From: a bacterium
Lineage (GTDB): Bacteria; Hinthialibacterota; Hinthialibacteria; Hinthialibacterales; Hinthialibacteraceae
Length of the DNA stretch: 15,774 nt
Assembly: GCA_963663405.2 (NCBI GenBank)
Contig: CAXXSM010000005.1
Span: 1-15,774 of the forward strand
Reading direction: 5' to 3'
In this document: positions 7,547 to 15,402 of the stretch, one piece after another
Position numbering within the stretch: position 1 is the first letter of the stretch
How the letters are laid out: each line of letters starts with the position of its first letter
Translations under genes and position numbers: made by a program
Notes under the pieces: model-generated
Database searches by the model: none
What the model saw: the letters and a program-made list of their open reading frames with translations, nothing else
Told to the model about the DNA's origin: nothing

Positions 7547-8560
7547 TTATTTTGGAGGAAGAAAAAGCATTAAAAATTCTTCAAAATAGGAACTATCAAA
7601 TTTCTGAGGAACTTCTTTTCTCATCATTGATAGCGCTTGGAATGATGGCATCCGCTTCCGATTTGACTGGTTCGTGCTTAGTATATCAAACTCATCAGCG
7701 ATTGCGCAGATCCGGGCGGCCGGTGAGATATCTTTTTCGGATAGGCCGTAAGGATAGCCAGAGCCATCCAGGCGTTCGTGATGATGGAGAATGATTGAAA
7801 CGCTCTCGGGAGGAAGAGAAATATGATCTTCGATCAGTTTTAGACTTGTGATTGGATGTTCGTTCATCTGCGATATTTCGTCATCCGTTCTTTCTCCCAT
7901 TTTTTCTAAGATTTCCTTTGGAATCACGGTTTTTCCAAAATCATGGAGCAGGAATCCTGGTCCATATCGAGTCAGGGCATCCTGTTTTGAAATATTGAGC
8001 ACTCTCTGCGCCAATGACATGCCATATAGGCAGACATTTAAACTGTGTGAATAGAGTTCGTAATCCAATCGCATTTGTACGATAAAATTGTGAGAAGCTT
8101 CGTTATCATCGAAAATGACATCGATCACTGAATCGAGAATTTTGGAAGATGTGCTGAGTACTTTTTCTGGATCCCGTGATTCGAACACTTTTCGCATTAT
8201 TGTATTTGATGCGTTATATGTCACTTCACATTTCGTTTCTACCGGGATAGAGGGATCGTTGATTGTCGCTGCGATATCGATATCCAATTCAGCGAAAGGA
8301 TCTTCTATCCGTTCAAAATCAAACCGTTCAAAATCTTTTTCATGAATCCAAAGGAATTCCAATCCCATGTTGATTAAAGCAAGAATGTCTGACGGTGAAG
8401 GAGGATAAGAGCGGCTTCGAAATAGAACGGTTTCTCCAGTCTCATCCAGCTGATAGTACAAATCGAGAGGAGATATCTCTTCAGAGAGTAGCGTTTCTAA
8501 CGCGATGGGATGGTACGAATGATCCGCTGGCTGAGTATCCACAGCGAAACGGCCCTCCAT
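7547..8560 (-). CDS. HD-GYP domain protein (putative cyclic dinucleotide phosphodiesterase)
   Basis: YSHSLNV, LLHDFGK, HP, HHHERLDGSGYPYGL, ARICAIADEFD and FD motifs, with an uncharacterised N-terminal region. Confidence 0.9.
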   Translation of the reverse strand: MEGRFAVDTQPADHSYHPIALETLLSEEISPLDLYYQLDETGETVLFRSRSYPPSPSDILALINMGLEFLWIHEKDFERFDFERIEDPFAELDIDIAATINDPSIPVETKCEVTYNASNTIMRKVFESRDPEKVLSTSSKILDSVIDVIFDDNEASHNFIVQMRLDYELYSHSLNVCLYGMSLAQRVLNISKQDALTRYGPGFLLHDFGKTVIPKEILEKMGERTDDEISQMNEHPITSLKLIEDHISLPPESVSIILHHHERLDGSGYPYGLSEKDISPAARICAIADEFDILSTNQSNRKRMPSFQALSMMRKEVPQKFDSSYFEEFLMLFLPPK

Positions 8561-8586
8561 AAGACTTTATTCAAAGATATATCATA

Positions 8587-9453
8587 CTATTGGAGATTAA
8601 TCTTCCATTTTTTCAAAATACCATCTAAATGTGACATATCGTAATATTGAATTTCAATCACACCTTTATTCTTTCCCTGCTGTCGTATCTGTACTTTTGT
8701 CTGAAACGCTTCTTCAAGCGCGTGTTCGAGTTCGGCAGTATAGATATCCTTCTCTTTATTTTCTTTCGGTGAAGGAGAAGGCTTTTTCTCAATCCGTGTC
8801 AGCCGTTCCGTTTCTCGTACGCTCAATCCTTCTGATGAAACACGGTCCGCTAACGTGATTAATCGCTCACGATCTTTAATCGATAGAAGCGCTTTCGCAT
8901 GTCCTATCGAAATACGGCCATCACTCAATGAATCCAACGCTTCGGAAGGAAGATTGAGCAATCGCAGTGAATTCGCAATGGTTTCACGGCTTTTTCCAAC
9001 ACGAGAGGCGACTTCTTCCTGTGTCAAAGAAAAGCGTTCCGTAAGGTGTTTATAGGCTCGCGCTTCTTCAACAGGATTCAAATCGGAGCGTTGGACATTT
9101 TCAATCAATGCGATTTCAAGCATCTGGTCTTCTTTAGCGTCAAGGATAATGCAAGGAACTTCTGTGAGAGACGCCATTTTCCCTGCGCGAAGCCTTCTTT
9201 CTCCAGCGATTAGTTGATATCGATCGGGTTGATCCGGGTGTTTTCGAATTAATAAAGGTTGAAGAATCCCCTGACGCCGGATTGAGTCAGATAATTCACT
9301 TAATTTTTCGTCATCAAAAAACGAACGGGGCTGTAAATGATTGACATCAATCGACTGGATCGGGATATTTTGGATGTTTTTATGCGGCGTATCCGCTTTT
9401 GGAAGATCAGACAGGATTGCGGATAGGCCACGTCCGAGCGCTTTTCTCTTCAT
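8587..9453 (-). CDS. parB: Chromosome partitioning protein ParB/Spo0J
   Basis: Start re-called to the ATG at 9453 (MKRKALGRGLSAIL, the typical ParA-stimulating N-terminus). QPR, GILQPLL, CTP-binding AGERRLRA, ENVQRSDLNPVEEA, and HTH TQEEVASRVGKSRETIANSLRLL. Confidence 0.96.
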   Translation of the reverse strand: MKRKALGRGLSAILSDLPKADTPHKNIQNIPIQSIDVNHLQPRSFFDDEKLSELSDSIRRQGILQPLLIRKHPDQPDRYQLIAGERRLRAGKMASLTEVPCIILDAKEDQMLEIALIENVQRSDLNPVEEARAYKHLTERFSLTQEEVASRVGKSRETIANSLRLLNLPSEALDSLSDGRISIGHAKALLSIKDRERLITLADRVSSEGLSVRETERLTRIEKKPSPSPKENKEKDIYTAELEHALEEAFQTKVQIRQQGKNKGVIEIQYYDMSHLDGILKKWKINLQ

Positions 9454-10237
9454 TCTTAAACACTTCCTGGGCGAGAGCGAGATAGGAACCCGCTCCACTG
9501 GAGATCGGATCGTATAAAATAATCGGCAACCCATAACTAGGCGCCTCACTTAAACGAACGCTTCGATAGATTACGGAATCAAAAACGGATTCACTATACG
9601 CCTCGCGTATATCATCGATCACTTGACGGCTGAGGTTGAGTCTTCGGTCCGCCATTGTAAGAAGAATTCCTTCTAATACCAAATCGTCATTATATCCTTC
9701 CCGAATCAATGTGCAGGAATTCAGGATATCCGTAAGGCCTTCGAGCGCATAATATTCGCATTGAACGGGAATTAAGACGGATTTCGCCGCCAAAATCGCA
9801 TTGAGACTCAATTGGCCAAGCGAGGGTGGACAATCGATGATGATATAATCGGGGATTATATCCGTGGACGCATTATCAAAAAACCGGTTGAAAGCCATCT
9901 CTAGGCGGCGTTTACCATTTTTATCAGAGGCCAAGCCCCATTCAGCGGCCAGTAAATCGCTGTTGGCTGGAACTAACCGTAATTGTTGAATCGGAGTCGC
10001 ATAAAGGGCGGATTCAAGAGGAGAATCTTCCATGAGAACATCGAAGATAGTGCGTTCGAGAGCGCTTTTCTTATTAGACAACCCGCTTGTCGCATTACCC
10101 TGCGGATCCAGGTCAATTAGAATGGTCTTTTTTTCGTAATAGGATATTGATGCGGCGAGATTGATTGCGGTTGTCGTCTTCCCAACCCCACCCTTTTGAT
10201 TAACAACCGCAATAATATGACAGGAATCAGATATCAT
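9407..10237 (-). CDS. parA: Chromosome partitioning ATPase ParA/Soj
   Basis: Deviant Walker A NQKGGVGKTTT, DLDPQGN, IIDCPPSLG, PVQCEYYALEG and VRLSEAPSYG. Confidence 0.96.
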   Translation of the reverse strand: MISDSCHIIAVVNQKGGVGKTTTAINLAASISYYEKKTILIDLDPQGNATSGLSNKKSALERTIFDVLMEDSPLESALYATPIQQLRLVPANSDLLAAEWGLASDKNGKRRLEMAFNRFFDNASTDIIPDYIIIDCPPSLGQLSLNAILAAKSVLIPVQCEYYALEGLTDILNSCTLIREGYNDDLVLEGILLTMADRRLNLSRQVIDDIREAYSESVFDSVIYRSVRLSEAPSYGLPIILYDPISSGAGSYLALAQEVFKNEEKSARTWPIRNPV

Positions 10238-10277
10238 AATAATGGCGCAGGACTAAAAAACATTTTCGTTCAATGGA

Positions 10278-10293
10278 TGTTCCACGTGGAACA
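10278..10293. promoter_or_regulatory. parS: parS centromere-like site (rsmG-parA intergenic)
   Basis: Perfect 16-bp palindrome TGTTCCACGTGGAACA, matching the widespread parS consensus TGTTNCACGTGNAACA, 40 nt upstream of parA. Confidence 0.95.
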
Positions 10294-10316
10294 AGCGTCA
10301 TCGTTAAGTTGTTGAA

Positions 10317-11042
10317 TTATAATGGTTGTTTTTTGATCTTCCCAGGTTTACGAGGATAAATGGATGATGTTTCCTTTATTTTTTTAAAGATATAGAGATA
10401 AAACGGGCGATCTCTTCCAGGAATAGAATAAGGAATGCGATTTTCCAATTGCACACCAAGGATTTTTTCCGCATTGTTTGTATCCGATTCCTTAATGCTT
10501 GACGAACCACGCGGTAAAATTATGCGCCCTCCAACCTTAGAAAATGCGGATGTCAACTCAAGAGTTTGCGTCAATGGGGCTAATGCTCTTGCGGTAGCAA
10601 TATCACTTTTCTCTCGATAGACGGGATCATGAGCGATGACCTCTGCGCGGTTACATACCGGTATACAACGCGTGAATGTATATCGTTTAATGAAGGAATT
10701 GAAGAAATTTACTTTTTTCTGGATGGATTCTATCAAAAAGACCTGTATATCAGGACGAATGAGATGAATAATCAGACCGGGAATCCCCGCTCCTGAACCA
10801 ACATCAGTGATGATGGAATTTTCAGGAAATTCACATATATTTATTAAATTCAGTGTGTCACATAGATGATAATCGATCATTTCCTCTATAGTATGATAAC
10901 CAGTCAGGTTATTGTATTCATTTTCCATCAAGAGTTCAAAAAAATAATGGAAAATGTTATCCATAGAGTTTTGTGGAAGAGTAATGGCGCGTAATTCGAG
11001 GTGGTTGAGGAATTCTCTGTAAAGAAGATCTCTTTCGGACAT
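10317..11042 (-). CDS. rsmG: 16S rRNA m7G527 methyltransferase RsmG (GidB)
   Basis: NLTG, H-x-x-D, SAM-binding DVGSGAGIPG, ESIQKK, RAE, ARAL and C-terminal YPRKPG. It occupies the canonical position upstream of parA. Confidence 0.94.
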   Translation of the reverse strand: MSERDLLYREFLNHLELRAITLPQNSMDNIFHYFFELLMENEYNNLTGYHTIEEMIDYHLCDTLNLINICEFPENSIITDVGSGAGIPGLIIHLIRPDIQVFLIESIQKKVNFFNSFIKRYTFTRCIPVCNRAEVIAHDPVYREKSDIATARALAPLTQTLELTSAFSKVGGRIILPRGSSSIKESDTNNAEKILGVQLENRIPYSIPGRDRPFYLYIFKKIKETSSIYPRKPGKIKKQPL

Positions 11043-11044
11043 GA

Positions 11045-11776
11045 TTAAATGAGGATTTGATCGAGGCCATAAATTAAACCAGAGCGGTTCATCATTTCAC
11101 GAATTCCAAGAATAATACCTGGCATGAAGCAACCGCGGTTCAATGAGTCGTGACGGATCGTTAATGTCTGCCCCTGACCGCCAAAGATCACTTCTTGATG
11201 CGCGAGCAAACCGGGTAAACGAACGCTATGTACGGGAATCCCTTCGTAGTATTCTCCCCTCGCGGGAGAGGTCGATGTTCCACGTGGAACATCCTCTCCT
11301 CGCGCTTCCGCGATTAATTGCGCGGTTTTTATCGCGGTGCCTGAAGGAGCGTCCAGTTTCGCTGGGTGATGCATCTCAATGATCTCCACTTCGGGCATAT
11401 ATTTCCCTATGGTTTGCGAGACATGCATGAGTAAAACAGCGCCGATTGAGAAATTGGGAGCGATTAGTATCCCTGGTTTCTTTTCATCATAGTATTCCTT
11501 TAACTCATTGATTTCATTTGGCTTAAAACCTGTTGTGCCGATGACGCCTCCTGCAGGGCTTTTGCCTATGATCATTGCGTTTTCATAGGCGCAATCCGGG
11601 GCGGTCAAATCAACGACGATGTCCGCTTTTGAATCTATGATGGCCTGTTCTAGAGAATCTCCTAAGTCGGTTTCGCCAACTAGTTCCATTCCCTCAGCCG
11701 CATTGACCGCTTGGATCGCTTCTTGGCCCATCCGGCCTTTGGCGCCATTGATTAATACACGAATACTTTCCATCAT
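11045..11776 (-). CDS. dapB: 4-hydroxy-tetrahydrodipicolinate reductase
   Basis: GAKGRMG, GTTG, APNFSIG, EMHHPAKLDAPSGTA and HSVRLPGLLAHQEV; GGAG RBS. Confidence 0.96.
   Translation of the reverse strand: MMESIRVLINGAKGRMGQEAIQAVNAAEGMELVGETDLGDSLEQAIIDSKADIVVDLTAPDCAYENAMIIGKSPAGGVIGTTGFKPNEINELKEYYDEKKPGILIAPNFSIGAVLLMHVSQTIGKYMPEVEIIEMHHPAKLDAPSGTAIKTAQLIAEARGEDVPRGTSTSPARGEYYEGIPVHSVRLPGLLAHQEVIFGGQGQTLTIRHDSLNRGCFMPGIILGIREMMNRSGLIYGLDQILI
11276..11291. promoter_or_regulatory. parS: Second parS site, inside the dapB coding sequence
   Basis: Identical TGTTCCACGTGGAACA. The perfect palindrome extends to 20 bp (GATGTTCCACGTGGAACATC, 11274-11293). Confidence 0.92.
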
Positions 11777-11858
11777 TTAATGATCTCCAATTTCATTACC
11801 TTGAGATTTTTTCTTCTCTCGCATAGGATACGATGGTCGAAAGCCCAGGTCAATCGTT

Positions 11859-14765
11859 ATGATAAATCAACTTGCACACAGTTTTTTCTTATTTGGAATT
11901 CTTTTTCTCAGCTTGGCGCATGGAATTAGATCCGATGTCCGTTTCTATGGGCTTGTTTTTCTATTTTTTGGTATTTTTATCACCTATCAATGGGCGAAAA
12001 TCCGGAATCAGAAGATATTAATAAATTCATGGATTTCTTCTGAACAGCAATCCAAATCAACTTTATTGCTAGGAATCTCTTTAATCCTAGTCTGTTTTTT
12101 GTCTATTATCTTTTCTCCCAAGGTAGGAATATCGGTTCTCTGGTCAACCGGCGCCGAATACTCAATAAAAAACGAAGAACGGATCGATGTTCCAACCTTC
12201 AAAATAATCCCATCCCTCTACCCAAGAAAACTTGCGCTATGCGATGATCTTCAATTTCGGATATCGGCTAAATTCAAGACAAATGAACCGATTCACGCCG
12301 CACAATTTTATCTTGAACGAGGAAACGCAACCTGGTACCTGGATGGGGATCGGATTGCCAATCACAAAGCAGAAGAAGTTTCAAGATTTTTTTTCATCCA
12401 ACGTGATATCAACGCGGGAATTCATTTGTTAGAATGCGAGATCCAATGCCAAGGACCCCCACCTGTCATCTCAATGATGGCCGCTCTAGGCGCAGATCAA
12501 GAATTTCGTGAATTGCAGGGGCCGTTCTTTCCAATTGATTACACAGGCGCGTTTCAATTTTCTCAAATGAATGTTGTTCTATTTTTCCTAATCGGGATAT
12601 TGTCTTTTATCCTAATATGTCCTACTTTAAATTTGTATTCAAAAATTATATCGAATTTTATCTTGAAGCGATCTCCCCTGTCATTCTTTATAGGATTTCT
12701 CGTCGTGTTGGGTTTTCTCTTCTATTACAACATCCAAATGTATGATCTAAGCCGAATGCGCTATGAAGCCGATGAAGCGGCTTTTGGCTTAATGGCCCAA
12801 GAACTAGACAGCGGTCAATCCCCTCCCCTTTTCCACTACGGACAGCAGTATCAAGGGACAATCGAATCGATTCCACTCTCAATATTTATAAATTACACTA
12901 ACAATAACATAAAAAGTATGCTGGATTTAACAATTCTATGGCAACTTACTTTTCTTCTTGTCACTGTGTATTGTTTTTGGATCTATGGAAATCCTGCTCT
13001 TTCGCTATTCGCATTATTTTTCTTCGCGATCGGTGGTCTTCACTATCACTGGATATTCCATAAATGCTGGTTTGGGTATTCGTTCTCTCTCGCTTGTGGC
13101 GCGTTTCTGTTTTTGATTGCGCTTCACGCCTATGATAAACAATATCTTTCCCCAGTATACGCTTTTCTATGGGGAGCGATCGCAGGGCTCTCTCTCTATG
13201 AACTTCCGATCTCTCTCCCATTCGTTATGTCGACATTTTCAATACTGCTTTTCGTAGTATTTAGGGAAGGACAATGGGATTCTTACACAAATGCTTCTGT
13301 CTTTAATTGGTTATCCTGTCAAACAAAAAATGGTTACCGATTTATCTGCAAAAATAATCTATGGATCGCTTTTATTTCATTATTTCTATTCACTTCGCCT
13401 TATTGGTTGACAGGATGGATTGGAGGGAATGAAGACGCCTTGCGCTTTTTGACGGAAGGCCGGGAATTGGCTGCGCCGCGAGTGACGGGCGAAGATCCTT
13501 TCATCGATCGTTTCTTTGGAGAATGCCTGCCAGTGTTTTTAGGTATCCGGGCGCCCTATGAACAATTCAACGATCCACCGAATATCCCTTTTCCCGCCTT
13601 TCCCTCTGTTTTTTTCATGATTAGCGTATGCGCCTTTCTATTCTTATCACGGAGGATTCTTCCAGATGGTTCTATCTTTCAGAATCCCATTTTAAGATAT
13701 TCTGTTGGTTTACTTTCTGTTATTACGATCGTGCTTGGCGTGTATTCACCGTTTGGAATATGGCCTTGGTATTTTTTACCTCTTTACTGGGCGCTTCCTG
13801 TATTGTTATTTACTTGTCTGAGTCGCCTGTGGAAATGGGCGCCTTCATTTTCAGCTCTGGCGTTTATTCTATATTTTCTTCCAATAATTCTTGGACTCGA
13901 ATTGCGATCCCCTTTTCTCTTTCAAGCCAGCAGCCTTTCCGCCTCCGGACTTTCCATTCCTACTGATTTCAGCAAAATTATTGATACATTGAAACAGGAA
14001 CAGATTCAGTATCTTCTCTGTGATCAGGGTTTTGATGTCAATATCAACGACGCAGGACGGGATTGGTTGGGTGAATGTATCACGTTTGCGTCGTCGCGAG
14101 AGATTCGCGCGATCGACCGGCTATCACGCCGCGTACCTGTTTACGCGCAAGAAATCATGAATGCGGGACGAATCGGCTATTTATTTCACAAGCATTTTTT
14201 TTATAGTAATTTGAGTCTCGCTGAAGGAAATATTAACGGTTATGCTCCACTTTCTATTTCAAATATCGAAGAATTGTTTGGTCCACGATTACTCAATTAT
14301 AAAAAATATACATTAGATCCATACATTCTTTTTTTACCGGAACGGGAACAATCGCCTATGCTTAAGAGTCATTGGACACTTAACGCCTCCAATCCTGTTT
14401 TTCTTTCCGCGGCGGCGGATTGGAATATCAGCGTCCGGGCGCATAGCCGGCACACATATTGGTCCAGTGGAGAGATCCCCGAATCAGGGGCATGGTTTCG
14501 AGTTTCCTTTCCTGAGCCAACGCCGGTTCATAAAATAATTCTCTTTCATGGAACAAAAGTGGCGGATTATCCTAGAAACAATCGAGTAATTGTGACAAAC
14601 TCTTTAGGCGTTGAGCGATCTGTGGGTTCATTGCAGTACGATCCTCTTTCGCGCACGAGTTCGTTGACGCTTGAGGAACGTGTAAGGGGTTCTAGTGTTC
14701 GCATTGAAACAGACCGTTCTGAAGATGGAACATGGTTAACCATCTTTGAACTGTGGATATTCTGA
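11859..14765 (+). CDS. Large multi-pass membrane protein, probable GT-C fold (ArnT/PMT-like) glycosyltransferase with a PA14-like N-terminal domain and an F5/8 type C (discoidin)-like C-terminal domain
   Basis: Many hydrophobic helices; EADEAAFGLMA...PLFHYGQQYQGTIES, an acidic DE loop just after a TM helix; WYLDG...AGIHLLECE (PA14-like); TYWSSG..GAWFRVSFPEPTPVHKIIL..DYPR..VRIE..WLTIFELWIF (discoidin-like). Confidence 0.75.
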   Translation: MINQLAHSFFLFGILFLSLAHGIRSDVRFYGLVFLFFGIFITYQWAKIRNQKILINSWISSEQQSKSTLLLGISLILVCFLSIIFSPKVGISVLWSTGAEYSIKNEERIDVPTFKIIPSLYPRKLALCDDLQFRISAKFKTNEPIHAAQFYLERGNATWYLDGDRIANHKAEEVSRFFFIQRDINAGIHLLECEIQCQGPPPVISMMAALGADQEFRELQGPFFPIDYTGAFQFSQMNVVLFFLIGILSFILICPTLNLYSKIISNFILKRSPLSFFIGFLVVLGFLFYYNIQMYDLSRMRYEADEAAFGLMAQELDSGQSPPLFHYGQQYQGTIESIPLSIFINYTNNNIKSMLDLTILWQLTFLLVTVYCFWIYGNPALSLFALFFFAIGGLHYHWIFHKCWFGYSFSLACGAFLFLIALHAYDKQYLSPVYAFLWGAIAGLSLYELPISLPFVMSTFSILLFVVFREGQWDSYTNASVFNWLSCQTKNGYRFICKNNLWIAFISLFLFTSPYWLTGWIGGNEDALRFLTEGRELAAPRVTGEDPFIDRFFGECLPVFLGIRAPYEQFNDPPNIPFPAFPSVFFMISVCAFLFLSRRILPDGSIFQNPILRYSVGLLSVITIVLGVYSPFGIWPWYFLPLYWALPVLLFTCLSRLWKWAPSFSALAFILYFLPIILGLELRSPFLFQASSLSASGLSIPTDFSKIIDTLKQEQIQYLLCDQGFDVNINDAGRDWLGECITFASSREIRAIDRLSRRVPVYAQEIMNAGRIGYLFHKHFFYSNLSLAEGNINGYAPLSISNIEELFGPRLLNYKKYTLDPYILFLPEREQSPMLKSHWTLNASNPVFLSAAADWNISVRAHSRHTYWSSGEIPESGAWFRVSFPEPTPVHKIILFHGTKVADYPRNNRVIVTNSLGVERSVGSLQYDPLSRTSSLTLEERVRGSSVRIETDRSEDGTWLTIFELWIF

Positions 14766-14796
14766 TTCATCATCGATTAACAATGGAGGAAAAATA

Positions 14797-15003
14797 ATGA
14801 AGTATCTACCAAAAACTTTAATTTATCTTGCACTCGCATCGATTATTTGCGGTTTACTTTTCAAAATTTTAAATATTGATTTAGCAAAAATGTATATTTC
14901 GACTGTTTATCCTATTTTACCCAACAGTTTCTTGCGGTTCTCAAATAGTATTCTTCTTTTATCCATCGCGTTATCTGTTCTCAATCTAAAGAAAGAAGAA
15001 TAA
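14797..15003 (+). CDS. Small membrane protein (68 aa, two hydrophobic segments)
   Basis: Start re-called to the ATG at 14797, preceded by a strong GGAGGA RBS (14785-14790). Hydrophobic segments LIYLALASIICGLLF and ILLLSIALSVL. Confidence 0.75.
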   Translation: MKYLPKTLIYLALASIICGLLFKILNIDLAKMYISTVYPILPNSFLRFSNSILLLSIALSVLNLKKEE

Positions 15004-15021
15004 TTTACAGGAATACAACAC

Positions 15022-15068
15022 ACGAAGAGACGATCATCATATCTTCTACAATAGATCGTCTCTTTCGT
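15022..15068. terminator. Inverted repeat between convergent genes, possible bidirectional terminator
   Basis: ACGAAGAGACGATC (15022-15035) pairs with GATCGTCTCTTTCGT (15054-15068) with a one-base bulge and an 18-nt loop, followed by pyrimidine-rich sequence. Confidence 0.55.
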
Positions 15069-15141
15069 TTCTCTCTGATTCTTATTGTTACCTGCTTTGT
15101 TCGCGCGTGTTTGCTAAAAAAGTGTAGAGAAAAAGTTTTTA

Positions 15142-15402
15142 TCATTCTTCCTCTACATCTTCTAACTCCCCGGGTTTTGTATACGTCGCAATCACAATCG
15201 TCGACGGTTCGCGTAATCCATTAATCGGGCAATCCTCACAAATATCCAACGGGGGTTTGGGTGGATCGCAAACAAAATACTCTTGGATACGAATTTTGCT
15301 GGGACTGTAGGAAGGACAATAACACGCGCGTTCGATCGCCAAGTCCCTGTCAAATCGTTTCCCCTTACTGTCTAACAGATTATCCTCGCTATTCTGCATC
15401 AT
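15142..15402 (-). CDS. Small Cys-rich hypothetical protein (~86 aa)
   Basis: GC content is higher than the flanks. The likely start is the ATG at 15402 or 15399, after GCAGGT. Pattern CxC-x15-C-x9-CxxC and an acidic tail. Confidence 0.65.
   Translation of the reverse strand: MMQNSEDNLLDSKGKRFDRDLAIERACYCPSYSPSKIRIQEYFVCDPPKPPLDICEDCPINGLREPSTIVIATYTKPGELEDVEEE

Noticed and set aside
4993-8858. Short ORFs antisense to the GHL10, STAS, tsaC, HD-GYP and parB genes
   Set aside because: Shadow ORFs opposite well-supported genes, with no independent evidence.
9454-9549. 32-aa N-terminal extension of ParB in the ORF track
   Set aside because: It lies inside parA. The family-typical start is MKRKALGRGL at 9453.
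11143-11382. 79-aa ORF containing MFHVEH
   Set aside because: MFHVEH is just the parS palindrome read in another frame, antisense to dapB.
12008-14773. Short ORFs overlapping the GT-C gene
   Set aside because: Nested in or almost wholly overlapping a 968-aa ORF, with no motifs.
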